Virus record (IMG/VR): IMGVR_UViG_3300017658_000128
Location: 1 to 44,978 of that record
Source: a virus
Lineage: Duplodnaviria; Caudoviricetes
Reading direction: 5' to 3' (one strand)
DNA: 44,978 nt
Positions 28,523 through 37,758 of the stretch are shown piece after piece. Each line of letters opens with the position of its first letter. Positions within the stretch are counted from its first letter, which is position 1. The position numbers were made by a program, and so were the translations under genes. The notes beneath the pieces were generated by a model. It did no database searches. It was not told the origin of the DNA and was given only the letters and a program-made list of their open reading frames with translations.

Positions 28523-30691
28523 TTAGCGCCTCCTGAGGAAGTTGATCTTGCGCGGAAGTTCCGGGGCCGGAACCTCGCGTGCGCTTTCCGGATCGTTGGG
28601 CCGCTCCAGCGGCACGGCATTGAGGTTGGTCAAGCCGGCGACACACCAATCGGGTGGGGCCTCCCAGTTCACCCGGTTCAGCCCCTTGTGTTCTGCCACC
28701 GCCAGGCCCTGCACCGAATGGTCGAGGCTCTCGTTGCGCAGCACACCCTTCTTGAGTTCCCAGCCCTTGTCGCCGCGTTCCTCGGCGAGGTGTTCGGCCA
28801 CATGCTCCGCCCCCATCCAGTGCGGGATGTGCTGGGCGCCGACCGGGGTATCGGTCCGACCGAGTGCAGCGATGACCGAATCCTTCAGGCGGTCCACCGC
28901 CATGTTCAGCAGCTTGATGCCCCTGCCCTTGCCACCACCTGACGACCGCTCCGGCGCTTCGTGCCAGACCCGATCGCGCTGGTTGAAACCGCCGCGACCA
29001 ATCGAGAGGAAGAACCTGCCGCCCTGCCCTTCGCGGTTCTGCTTGCGCCAGAACTTCTCGGCATTGTCCGACCAGCCCTTCGGGCCGTTGAAGTCGATGA
29101 CCACGGCCAGAGGCTTCAAGCCCCAGTCCGCGCCATCCACCGGAAAGACCAGATCGGCCAGTTCGGCGAGCACATCCGCATCCTGGGCGTACCGCCCCGG
29201 ATCGACAGCGCGGTATTTGCCGTCATCACCCTTGGCGTTGGGCGCGTGGTCTGGCGGCTGATGAATGGCATATCGATCGATCGCCACCCGTTGGCCGTCC
29301 TCGCCCCAGGCCATGGCCATGACCTCGAAGCGGTTGCCCTGCACATCCACCAGGACGGTAACGAACCGCGCCCAGCTCGGCGCGATGCGTTTGGGCAGCG
29401 AAAGCGCGTGCTGCTGCAGCATTTCCAGCGTCAGCGCGTCCTCGTCCTCATCTTTCGGACGCCGATACGGCACGCCGATTTCCGTGTAATGCACCCCCGC
29501 GAAATCCAGATCGTCGCCGGAGATCTCGAAGGCGCGCCGGGCAGTCTCGTAGCGCTCGACCAGCCCGGACCATGACGCGAATGCAGCTGCTGCGCCGTTG
29601 AAGGCATAGCTGGCAAAGGGCGTGTTCCGGATCGCCGGATCATCGATCCGGACGAGACGGCGCTGGCCTGTTTCCTCGTCGACCTCCCGGCTTTCGTGGA
29701 GCCACCCACCGTGATGCGCCATGGCGCGGCGGTTCATCTCGGGTTTGTGCCGATGCGACAGAACCGATCCACAATGCGGACAGACCATGACGGCCATATC
29801 ACCCGCTTCGCCCGGATCGAGGTCGCGGTTGTAGTCCAGCCGCTGGAAGGTCGGTTCGAACAAACCTTCGCAATCCATGCACTGCCAGTACCAGCGCCCG
29901 CGGGTGCCCTCATTGTAAAGGTTGACGATACCTCCGGTCGTGGCTGGCAGCAGGTGCGGCTCCAGCGCGCTGGCGGGCCGAACCTTCGTTTCATCGACTG
30001 GGAAAGCTGGAGTGCTTTCGGCGAAAACACAGCCCCGGCTCAGGAATGTCCGGATCCGCTGCAAGGCCATGCCCCAGGGCGAGGCTTCGGGTGCGTCCTT
30101 CGGGCCTAGCCGCTGCGGCATGTGATCGTAGTCGGTCAGCAGGACCAGCCGTTGCGAGCGCGACGAAAGCTGGTTCGGGACCGGGTAACCGATGCCGAGC
30201 CGCATGCCCTTGAACCGCTTGCGGCTGAAGGTGCTGTCGTCCCGCGCCTTGCCCAAGCGCTCAGAGAGCAGCGGGCTGTTCAGAATCGCGGGATCCAGCT
30301 TCTCCTCGACCCACGCATCCGCATCGGTCTTGGTCATATGGATCAGCTGCACCGGGCCCGGCGCGCAGGTGACCGCATGTGCGGTAACAGACAGCAGCAT
30401 CTGCGATTTGCCGCTCTGCGACGGACCTACGAAAACCACGCCCTTGAAGCGCCGCGATTGAGAGACGTCCTGCGGCTCGACGGTATAGGGCGCGACATTT
30501 CGGTCATACGTCCCCCAGCGCCCGGCGATCGGGACACGCAAGCTGCGCTCTGCGGCCTCGGTCACCGAAACCCGGCTGGGCGGATCGAGAAGCGGCAGAG
30601 CGTCGGCGACGATTTCCTCGGGCGTCACGAACGGCGGCAACGGTGGGATGCGGCTCAATTGCCCCATGCCACGATCGAGCATCATCACCAT
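28523..30691 (-). CDS. Terminase large subunit (gpA family)
   Basis: Walker A GPSQSGKS, ESTP, CxxC/CPHC motifs, nuclease VDVQ and NESLD. Confidence 0.93.
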   Translation of the reverse strand: MVMMLDRGMGQLSRIPPLPPFVTPEEIVADALPLLDPPSRVSVTEAAERSLRVPIAGRWGTYDRNVAPYTVEPQDVSQSRRFKGVVFVGPSQSGKSQMLLSVTAHAVTCAPGPVQLIHMTKTDADAWVEEKLDPAILNSPLLSERLGKARDDSTFSRKRFKGMRLGIGYPVPNQLSSRSQRLVLLTDYDHMPQRLGPKDAPEASPWGMALQRIRTFLSRGCVFAESTPAFPVDETKVRPASALEPHLLPATTGGIVNLYNEGTRGRWYWQCMDCEGLFEPTFQRLDYNRDLDPGEAGDMAVMVCPHCGSVLSHRHKPEMNRRAMAHHGGWLHESREVDEETGQRRLVRIDDPAIRNTPFASYAFNGAAAAFASWSGLVERYETARRAFEISGDDLDFAGVHYTEIGVPYRRPKDEDEDALTLEMLQQHALSLPKRIAPSWARFVTVLVDVQGNRFEVMAMAWGEDGQRVAIDRYAIHQPPDHAPNAKGDDGKYRAVDPGRYAQDADVLAELADLVFPVDGADWGLKPLAVVIDFNGPKGWSDNAEKFWRKQNREGQGGRFFLSIGRGGFNQRDRVWHEAPERSSGGGKGRGIKLLNMAVDRLKDSVIAALGRTDTPVGAQHIPHWMGAEHVAEHLAEERGDKGWELKKGVLRNESLDHSVQGLAVAEHKGLNRVNWEAPPDWCVAGLTNLNAVPLERPNDPESAREVPAPELPRKINFLRRR

Positions 30692-31359
30692 CAGCCCAGA
30701 TCCATTTCCGATTGCCGACCATTCAGCGCCACGACCGCGCCACCGCGAGACAGCCGCTCGGCAATCAGGCGCTTGGCCTCGCCGCGCACCTGGTCGCAAT
30801 AGTCCTCGAGCTGCGCAACCTGTGCCGCCGAGAGGCCGAAGTTCATCTCGGCAAAGTCCGGCAGGTTATCCATCGCCGTGCCGAATGCGACCATAATGTC
30901 CTCGAGGAGCGGTCGCATCCGGTCGGCACGAAGCAGATCGCCGCGTTGCTCGGCCACCCGGTTGCGGTGATATTCGGCTTCGGACCATTTCCGCAGATCA
31001 TCGGCGGTCAGCTCCGCCTCATCCTCGGCCTGGTCATCGTCCAGGTTGCGGAACGCGAGGGCCGCCTGCGCGGCTAGCAGATCGCCTCGCGCTTTGGCGG
31101 CGCGTGCCCTGTCGTCTCGGTCCTGCCGCCATGCCCAGCAATGCGACAGCCGGAATTCATAGGCGACGCCGTTCTGGCCCGAGGACATGACGGGCATGCC
31201 CTTGTTGATCCAATCGGTCACGGCATTAACGGAAACGCTGAAAGCGGCCGCCAGCTGGGCGCGGTTCAGCGGCGTGCCGTCGTCCTCAACTCCCTCTGGC
31301 AAGGGATATTGCGCGACGTCGAGCACACTCCCATCCGCCAGAGTGAGCAGGTCAGACAT
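30691..31359 (-). CDS. Terminase small subunit (Nu1-like / DUF1441)
   Basis: wHTH motif LNRAQLAAAFSVSVNAVTDWINKGMP; coupled to the large subunit. Confidence 0.85.
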   Translation of the reverse strand: MSDLLTLADGSVLDVAQYPLPEGVEDDGTPLNRAQLAAAFSVSVNAVTDWINKGMPVMSSGQNGVAYEFRLSHCWAWRQDRDDRARAAKARGDLLAAQAALAFRNLDDDQAEDEAELTADDLRKWSEAEYHRNRVAEQRGDLLRADRMRPLLEDIMVAFGTAMDNLPDFAEMNFGLSAAQVAQLEDYCDQVRGEAKRLIAERLSRGGAVVALNGRQSEMDLG

Positions 31360-31427
31360 AGCAACCTCATGAAGAACAACAGCAATAAGAACATCAGCCC
31401 CGTTCCCGATCGGCTGTCGCAGAATTA

Positions 31428-31473
31428 ACGGGGCGCGAATTACCCCCATGCGACCCGATGGGGGGAAGGACCC
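31428..31473 (-). other. Putative cos site (cosQ-like GGGTCCT plus cosN region)
   Basis: Minus strand GGGTCCT at 31473-31467, then about 20 nt, then GGGGTAATTCGCGCCCC, just upstream of the small terminase as in lambda. Confidence 0.6.
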
Positions 31474-31495
31474 GAGGGGTCGGATCGAGGCAGCG

Positions 31496-32221
31496 TCAGC
31501 GCGAAGATGACGCGGCCCGCGCCGCCATCTTCTCGATGGTGCGCCGCAGGTGGGCCGGAAGGCGCAGGTCATAGACCTGTTTCGCCTCGTCGAAGAAGCC
31601 GAGCCGCTGGGCATAGACCGGCATGGCGCGCGTGAAGTGCAGCACCTTGCTGAGCGATCCGTCCGGATCCCGCTTCCAGATGCCGGGCGACAACCTGCTC
31701 TCGGCAGAGGGCACGAAGAAGCCAGCCCGCTTTCGGTTGCGCTTGCGCGAACCCGCAGTGGTGTTCGTCGTCCTGTCCCGTTGCGACTGCACGGCCGAAA
31801 GCGCCTGGTTGCGCTGGCCGGTGGACCAGTTGCCATAGGCATCAAGCTTTGCCCCGCCGGCCGGAACAGCGGCGGTGATGACAGCGTCATAGGCGAGCCG
31901 GGCATCGAGCAAGCCCTCAAGACCGGTCCGGCCACGCACCCCGCCGAATTCCTGCGTCTTCAGGAAATGGCGTCGGTCAACCGATGGCCGCTCTTTCACC
32001 TCAGCCTCGAGCTGGTCCGGCCGGGCGCGTTTCACCATGAAGGCGTTCAGCGTGAACCGCGTCGGACGGTCAAAGACCTCGGCCATGCGTTCCTGCACAT
32101 GGGCAAGCACATCCGCCGCCGTGTCATTCAGCGCCCAGGTCGCGGCGGTTCTGACATCCCGCTCTGCCAGCCGGGAAAGGTGAGCCTGCAACTCACGGTC
32201 ATCGAGGCCGATGGTCAGCAT
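31496..32221 (-). CDS. Phage tail-completion-like protein upstream of the terminase
   Basis: ALNDTA...FDRPTRFTLNA...GGVR...LDAYGN, typical of lambdoid genes preceding cos. Confidence 0.7.
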   Translation of the reverse strand: MLTIGLDDRELQAHLSRLAERDVRTAATWALNDTAADVLAHVQERMAEVFDRPTRFTLNAFMVKRARPDQLEAEVKERPSVDRRHFLKTQEFGGVRGRTGLEGLLDARLAYDAVITAAVPAGGAKLDAYGNWSTGQRNQALSAVQSQRDRTTNTTAGSRKRNRKRAGFFVPSAESRLSPGIWKRDPDGSLSKVLHFTRAMPVYAQRLGFFDEAKQVYDLRLPAHLRRTIEKMAARAASSSR

Positions 32222-32460
32222 GGCCACCCTTCCTCGCAGCAAAGAGCAACAAGCTGACGATCTTCACCGACAAGTAGGCAGCGCCCGGTAAGAAGAGAAC
32301 TCGCCGCCACTCGATCCAACCTTCAGGGCCGACAGAGGCTTTGTACAAGCCAACGGGAACGCAACCGATCCATTTCCACTTCAGTCGTTCCATCAACGAA
32401 TCCTTGTCTGAAATGAACGGATTGTCATTGTCGAATGATCGCATTCACAGAAGGCAATGC

Positions 32461-32721
32461 TCCATGACGCCCCTCGTTGGACCTGCAACTCTCACATTTC
32501 CGAACGGCGATCGCGTCGACGTCACAGTAAACGTCGCATTCAGCGTAGGGGCCGGCGGCAAAAGCGGCAGCGGCACATTCAGCTCGGATGCGGCAATGAA
32601 AATATGGGCCTACGACGACAATCCGGTACTGGACTGTCACGGGACCCGTTTTCGTGTGATTTTGACCAGCGCCGATGTCACAGGTGCCGGAACGCTTGTC
32701 ACAACTGGCGCGCCTCTCTAG
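32461..32721 (+). CDS. Hypothetical small beta-rich protein (moron)
   Basis: Antisense to the late operon, with protein-like composition. Confidence 0.5.
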   Translation, partial: SMTPLVGPATLTFPNGDRVDVTVNVAFSVGAGGKSGSGTFSSDAAMKIWAYDDNPVLDCHGTRFRVILTSADVTGAGTLVTTGAPL

Positions 32722-32758
32722 CCAGGATACAGACCGGCATGCTGCAGGGCTTCCATCT

Positions 32759-32784
32759 GGAACAGGACAGGCGCTATCGGCGTT
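32759..32784 (+). promoter_or_regulatory. Putative sigma-EcfG promoter GGAAC-N17-CGTT
   Basis: Matches the alphaproteobacterial general-stress consensus, upstream of an RBS and small ORF. Confidence 0.5.
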
Positions 32785-32817
32785 TCTCATTCAGGTTGTT
32801 TTGCCGAGGAGGACAAC

Positions 32818-32895
32818 ATGACCGCCGAGAGAATACTGATCTTCGGAGTTCCGATCGCGACGATCATTGTACTCCATCTGGCTGGCCTGACCTAA
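32818..32895 (+). CDS. 25-aa hydrophobic peptide MTAERILIFGVPIATIIVLHLAGLT
   Basis: Strong AGGAGG RBS; single TM-like helix; too short for the ORF track. Confidence 0.55.
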   Translation: MTAERILIFGVPIATIIVLHLAGLT

Positions 32896-33121
32896 TTCCC
32901 GCGTACCGGCCTTCGAGGCTTTGGGATGTCGGGATGCAAGACCGCAGTTGCCGGCATCGTTTTTCCCTTCCGCGCTCGGATAGCTGCACCTGCCCGCTCA
33001 AACGGGTGAATGGTGGGGTGCAGCTATCGGAGATCGGAAAGGAAATGCGCCCGCCAGGATCTCTCCTGCGGGCGCAATGCCGGATAATGTCAAAAGAGAT
33101 ACGACCGTGAGATATAAGCGG

Positions 33122-33922
33122 TCAAGAGGAATTCTGCATTTTTGACAGACCGTAGCCCTGCATACGATCGAGAGCCGCCCCCAGAGCGACAATCGCGGTC
33201 TTCACATTCTGACCGGATGCCGCCCAGCCATGCCGCTCCAGCACCTGCCTGAACGAACGTCCTTCAAGGCAAATGGCATCCACCAGCGCCCGATCGGAAA
33301 TGATGCCGGCACCCTTTCCGCCCCGCGCCGATGGTCGAACCCGGCGCACCGCCATGGCCACGCCAGTTCCGATCCGTCGGCGCATCCAGGCAATGGCATC
33401 ACCCTCGGCAATGAACGCATCAATGAACTCGCCGCCGCCGCTCGGCCCTGACCCGCGGCGCGCCTCCAGACTTGCACAGCGCATCCCGCCTGCATCGTGG
33501 CGCTCAACCAGATCGCGGTAACGACGGGCGACGTTAACCTGCCCCTTGGTGAAGGGCGATTTGCACGGATTGCCGTCCTTGTCCTTGCGTGCGGCGGCGC
33601 GCCGTTCGAGGTCATCGAAGATGTCCATCGCCCGCACCGACTTGAACCCCCGCCAGCCGGTGCGCTCGACCTTGTATCCGGACTTCGATCCCGGATCGGG
33701 CATCACCACATGCGGTGTTTCCAGGACCTGCGGCCCGCGCGCCGGCGCGACGGGAATAGCCGGACCACAGCCCTCGATCGGCGTGGCATTCGCAATGATT
33801 GTATCCAGGCGCTCACGCTCCTCCGCCAACCGCTGCGCCCCGGCCTCGATATCGAACACCACCGACGGACGATGCACGCCACCATCGTCGTCGAAATCCA
33901 TGTCCATGGTCGTGTCCCTCAT
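33122..33922 (-). CDS. Putative late-gene regulator (C-terminal HTH-like)
   Basis: Last gene of the early-right operon, in the Q position; VDAICLEGRSFRQV. Confidence 0.5.
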   Translation of the reverse strand: MRDTTMDMDFDDDGGVHRPSVVFDIEAGAQRLAEERERLDTIIANATPIEGCGPAIPVAPARGPQVLETPHVVMPDPGSKSGYKVERTGWRGFKSVRAMDIFDDLERRAAARKDKDGNPCKSPFTKGQVNVARRYRDLVERHDAGGMRCASLEARRGSGPSGGGEFIDAFIAEGDAIAWMRRRIGTGVAMAVRRVRPSARGGKGAGIISDRALVDAICLEGRSFRQVLERHGWAASGQNVKTAIVALGAALDRMQGYGLSKMQNSS

Positions 33923-34491
33923 GTCGGCTGTCCTTCCCCGATCTCGCGGCACCGCTGGATGGCCGCGATGCGCTGATCCCGCCAGTCCCGATCGGGTGGC
34001 GGAAGTTCACCTTCCCGCGCCAGTCGCGCGTCCAGATCATGCATCCGCCTGAGGGCTCCACCGGCAGCATCGCGGACCGTCTTGAGCGCCCAGCTGCCGG
34101 GCCAGCGCCGCGTCCTGCGCAATTCGGCCAGCAGCTCGGGCGCCCATCCCTCCGCCAGTGCCGTTTGCCCGCAGGCATGGGCAAAGACCGCGCGGATCAA
34201 CGGAGATGCACCGTCGCCGGGAGGCTGGATATCGGCCGCCCAGGACAGGATCAGATTGGCGATGGGAAATCGGTCACGATCCTTGCCGCCCGGGTTCGCA
34301 GCAACCTGCTCCTCCAGAGCCATAAGACTGGCCTCCGTCATGTAGGCCAGCCGCGCGCACATGTCGTGCACCATATCCTCGAACCCGGCAACGGTCAGAG
34401 CGGCTGGCTTCGCCAACCCTCGTAGCTTCAGCGGCTCGACCAGAAGCCGCATCACGCGCTTTTCACCCTGGGCCTGCTCTTCGCTGTTCAT
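33919..34491 (-). CDS. Hypothetical protein in the replication module
   Basis: Follows the origin-like region and is coupled to the next gene. Confidence 0.65.
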   Translation of the reverse strand: MNSEEQAQGEKRVMRLLVEPLKLRGLAKPAALTVAGFEDMVHDMCARLAYMTEASLMALEEQVAANPGGKDRDRFPIANLILSWAADIQPPGDGASPLIRAVFAHACGQTALAEGWAPELLAELRRTRRWPGSWALKTVRDAAGGALRRMHDLDARLAREGELPPPDRDWRDQRIAAIQRCREIGEGQPT

Positions 34492-34519
34492 CGCTTTCCC
34501 CGTTTCTCAGCTTGCCGAC

Positions 34520-34661
34520 TTATCCACAGGCGGGACCGGTGCAGTGTCCGGCCAGTGCCTCTGTCTTTTTCTCTGTCTTTGTCTCTGTCCTTATGGAGGG
34601 GGACAGTCTTGAAGTGTCCTCGGACTGTCTCGAACTGTCCCCGGGGACAGTGTTGGACAGT
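34520..34661. repeat. Candidate replication origin: DnaA box, CT-rich tract and ACTGTCC/GGACAGT iterons
   Basis: TTATCCACA at 34520-34528; repeated CTCTGTC; heptamers at 34601, 34613, 34624, 34634, 34645 and 34655. Confidence 0.65.
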
Positions 34662-34670
34662 TTGGGAAAA

Positions 34671-35297
34671 TCAGCCCGGCGACTTGCGCCCGCGCAGGTT
34701 CAGTTCCATCGAATGGTTCATCCACGCCGACAGACCGCGCTCGATCCATTCAGACGACCGGTATTCGCAGCCTTGCTTCTGGAGCCAGCCGTCGATCCAA
34801 AGCACCGCGGCATCATTGCCCGACAGCGACGCATTCAGCGCGGTCAGGAATGACCGCAGGCGCTGGAGCCGCTTCTTGTTGCTGGCCGCCTCGCTGCGAG
34901 CCCGATGATCCTCGCGCCGCGAGATGGCGTCACGCAGCGCCCGCAACACCATCGGATGCGACAGCCGGACCTCATCACCGCAACGCACCGGCACCCATTT
35001 GTGAAGCGGCCCGTATTCCAGCTTGCACAGCTGCTGGAAATGGCCGGGATCAACGAACAGCATCTTGGCGAGCAGTTCCTGATCGAGCGGCAGCGTGCCC
35101 GCCGGCGCCTGGTCGAACGCGATGTTGATCAGGTCGAAGAACATGGAGCGGCATTCATGGGTGCCGCGCAACCGCATGTCGCTGTTCAGCCAGCGCCGCC
35201 TCTCCCACGGGATGAAGTAGTGGCTGTCGAGCCGATCATCGGCCGAGAGCGGATATTCGTCGAGGTCGCCACTGTCGACCACCTGTAAAGCCCTCAT
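34671..35297 (-). CDS. Putative replication initiator (DUF1376/YdaU-like N-terminus)
   Basis: WLNSDMRL...GTLPLDQELLAK pattern; adjacent to the iteron cluster. Confidence 0.55.
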   Translation of the reverse strand: MRALQVVDSGDLDEYPLSADDRLDSHYFIPWERRRWLNSDMRLRGTHECRSMFFDLINIAFDQAPAGTLPLDQELLAKMLFVDPGHFQQLCKLEYGPLHKWVPVRCGDEVRLSHPMVLRALRDAISRREDHRARSEAASNKKRLQRLRSFLTALNASLSGNDAAVLWIDGWLQKQGCEYRSSEWIERGLSAWMNHSMELNLRGRKSPG

Positions 35298-35602
35298 TCA
35301 CTGCCCCCTGCCGGTTCGTCCGGCCATTTTTCTGTAGCGATCTCACCGCCGCAGGCCGCATAGCCCGCGAGGTCGATCCAGTTATCGGCATGCGCCGGAT
35401 TGGTTGCCGCGCGAACCAGCTTCAGCCCGGCCAGATAGAGCGCCACGTCTGCCGCATTGCGGGGCCGGTCCCCGCGCGCCTGATCGAGTGCCGCCCAGAT
35501 GGCTGCGATAGAGGTGAAGCCGTTTTCAGCCTCGCCATGAGTGGCGGCGCGGTCGCGCAGGACGCACTCGGCGGCAGCGGAGAGGATGTCGGCCCGGGTC
35601 AT
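35294..35602 (-). CDS. DUF6378 family protein
   Basis: DRAATHG.AE.GF..IA.IW...KLVR...DNWIDLAGYAACGGE. Confidence 0.8.
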   Translation of the reverse strand: MTRADILSAAAECVLRDRAATHGEAENGFTSIAAIWAALDQARGDRPRNAADVALYLAGLKLVRAATNPAHADNWIDLAGYAACGGEIATEKWPDEPAGGSE

Positions 35603-35838
35603 GAAATCACCCCGCGCGACAGATCGCCACTTACTGCACGGCAACCGTAAACCACTGAAAATGCGGATTTATCATCACGCGCAATGGGATCAGCGACGGC
35701 GCCAGCCTCGACTCGGGCACTATCACCTAAGGCAATATGGGAGCGCAGGACGACTCGTAGGAGCGATTCGCCCTGCGGGTGAAGCCGTCGCCCAGCAGCA
35801 AACAACGGCACCACAGCAGCCATGAAGGAGGTAAACCC

Positions 35839-36057
35839 ATGGCCACTTTTCACCACCCTAAGACCGGGGTGGAATTGAATATCATCACTATCCAGCGCGC
35901 GCACCTCGACGCTGTCGAAGAAGAAACCGCGCGCCAGCTTGTCCAGGAAGGCAACGATCAGCACATCGTCGCTGCGATGCTCGGCACGAATCCCGGTCGC
36001 GTGAATGACGCGGTCAAAGGCCATTCTTGCGATGGGCGCCAGCGACCTCTGATCTGA
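35839..36057 (+). CDS. Small HTH-like protein antisense to the early operon
   Basis: AAGGAGG RBS; QHIVAAMLGTNPGRVNDAV. Confidence 0.6.
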   Translation: MATFHHPKTGVELNIITIQRAHLDAVEEETARQLVQEGNDQHIVAAMLGTNPGRVNDAVKGHSCDGRQRPLI

Positions 36058-36116
36058 TCTTGGGACGTTGCTGAGATCCGTGCTGTCCGCAGGGCCGTGA
36101 AGGAAGACCGGAACCG

Positions 36117-36374
36117 TCATCTGCGGGCAGCCTCCTCGAGCGTCCGGTAGTCCGCCTGCCGCGTCTCCGCGATGGTGATGCGGATGTCGGAAATGCAGTT
36201 CCAGTCCGGTCCTCGCTCGATCAGCATATGAAGCTCGTAGAGCTCCTCGAATTCATGTGTGACATCGACCGGTCCCGCTTCCCCGCGATACGTGACGACA
36301 GCGCGCCACCTGTGGGCGTTACCCCAGGCCGGTGCACGCAGTGGAGCACCAAGATCGACCCGAAGCCCACTCAT
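36117..36374 (-). CDS. Hypothetical protein
   Basis: Coupled in the operon; IERGPDWN. Confidence 0.6.
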   Translation of the reverse strand: MSGLRVDLGAPLRAPAWGNAHRWRAVVTYRGEAGPVDVTHEFEELYELHMLIERGPDWNCISDIRITIAETRQADYRTLEEAARR

Positions 36375-36709
36375 GCCGCCACCGCCTTTCCGACGCGTCG
36401 GTCCGCGTCGATCAATGCCGCAAGCAGCAGATCGGCCCGCCCTTCACGCACCCAGCGCGACACGCGGCTATCCGACCGGCCGAGATGGGCAGCCAGCGCG
36501 GTGCGCGATGGCCAGGACCTGCCGAATGCATTGACGACCTTGCCGCATGCGCCGCCGTTGCCGCCGGACACGACACCCAAGCGGTCCAGATTGCCGTGCC
36601 GATTCAGGTGATAGCTGACCGTGTGCTCCGTCACCCCGGCGGCCTCTGCCACGGCGCGCAAACCTACGTAGATCTGGCCTCGCCAGCGATAGGTTCCAGG
36701 GGCACTCAT
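36371..36709 (-). CDS. Double-HTH DNA-binding protein
   Basis: LRAVAEAAGVTEHTVSYHL and SRTALAAHLGRSDSRVSRW. Confidence 0.65.
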   Translation of the reverse strand: MSAPGTYRWRGQIYVGLRAVAEAAGVTEHTVSYHLNRHGNLDRLGVVSGGNGGACGKVVNAFGRSWPSRTALAAHLGRSDSRVSRWVREGRADLLLAALIDADRRVGKAVAA

Positions 36710-37026
36710 TCCCGACACCCCGCGTTCCTGCTGGCCTGCTTCTGAACGGTGAGTCGGAAACCAGCGCCTTTCACACGCGCCTTGCGATAGGCGCGCAGCA
36801 CGTCTTCTCCGCCCACACCGGCCATATCGCAGACCTCATGGAAATCGGCGGATCCGAACCACCGTTGCGCATAATCGACGGCATAGGGCTGCTCGGCCTT
36901 CCCCGGCGCGACGGCGAGGTTCCAGTGCTCGATCAGCACCGCACACCACAGCGCGCGACAAGCACGCACGTCGACATCGGGGACGTCGAAGGAAATGGGT
37001 GCGCGGACGGCAACGCTCGACGTCAT
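36706..37026 (-). CDS. Hypothetical protein
   Basis: Coupled; ALWCAVL...WFGSADFHEVCDMAG. Confidence 0.6.
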   Translation of the reverse strand: MTSSVAVRAPISFDVPDVDVRACRALWCAVLIEHWNLAVAPGKAEQPYAVDYAQRWFGSADFHEVCDMAGVGGEDVLRAYRKARVKGAGFRLTVQKQASRNAGCRE

Positions 37027-37044
37027 GCCTGCCCCCGATTTTTA

Positions 37045-37081
37045 TACACACATATATTGTTTCGGGTATTTAATGTGTGTA
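37045..37081. promoter_or_regulatory. Inverted-repeat operator of the brnTA promoter
   Basis: TACACACAT-N19-ATGTGTGTA in AT-rich DNA just before the brnT ATG. Confidence 0.65.
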
Positions 37082-37091
37082 CATAAAACCT

Positions 37092-37358
37092 ATGGATCTG
37101 GACTGGGACGAACCGAAACGCGCGCGCACCCTGCAAGAACGCGGCCTCGACTTTGCTTCGGTCACCCGCGCCGACTGGGACAACGCCCTGACCGCGCCGG
37201 ATGAGCGCACGGAATATGGCGAGCAGCGCTTTGTCAGCCTGGTCCCGATCGACAACCGCCTTTGCGTGGTCGCCTGGTGCTGGCGCGGTCAGAAGCTGCG
37301 CGTCATCAGCCTGCGCAAGGCCAATGCCCGCGAAAGGAAACGCTATGAAGAAATCTGA
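37092..37358 (+). CDS. brnT: BrnT family toxin
   Basis: WDEPK..T...RGLDF, YGEQRF and RVISLRKAN.RERKRY. Confidence 0.9.
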   Translation: MDLDWDEPKRARTLQERGLDFASVTRADWDNALTAPDERTEYGEQRFVSLVPIDNRLCVVAWCWRGQKLRVISLRKANARERKRYEEI

Positions 37359-37563
37359 GCCGAGGATTGGCAAGGACGGCGAGGTCCGCGAGTTGGACGA
37401 CAGCTTTTTCGCCAGCGCGAAGCGCGGGCGCCCGGTCATGCCTGCCGCCGCGCGAAAGGTTCGCATGAACCTGATGATCGATCCCGATCTGGCGACGGCG
37501 CTCGACAAGCTCGACAACAAGAGCGCCTTCGTAAATGAGGCGCTGCGCAAGGCGATGGAATAA
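37345..37563 (+). CDS. brnA: BrnA family antitoxin
   Basis: Overlaps brnT; RGRP...KVRMNLMIDPD...VNEALRK (RHH-like). Confidence 0.85.
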   Translation: MKKSEPRIGKDGEVRELDDSFFASAKRGRPVMPAAARKVRMNLMIDPDLATALDKLDNKSAFVNEALRKAME

Positions 37564-37758
37564 GTCGGGACCGGCGCTTTCGCGCCAGTCCCTCCCCCAC
37601 CGTCAGCAGAACGGCTCACGGCCGGGTCGGCCGCAGGTTCCACGATCCCGGTCTTGTTATCGCACCCAAGGCGGCCGGAATCGTGACGGGTTCCGTAAGG
37701 ACAGGTCATGCTACCCCTCCTCGATCCCCGCCCGGGCAACCTGAAAGCCCGTATTGCA

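Noticed and set aside
14532-31359. Gene transfer agent interpretation of the structural cluster
   Set aside because: Lambda-type gpA terminase, cos, integrase, repressor and replication genes indicate a true prophage.
34540-34661. Short repeats as a CRISPR array
   Set aside because: 7-bp units in mixed orientation, no spacers and no cas genes.
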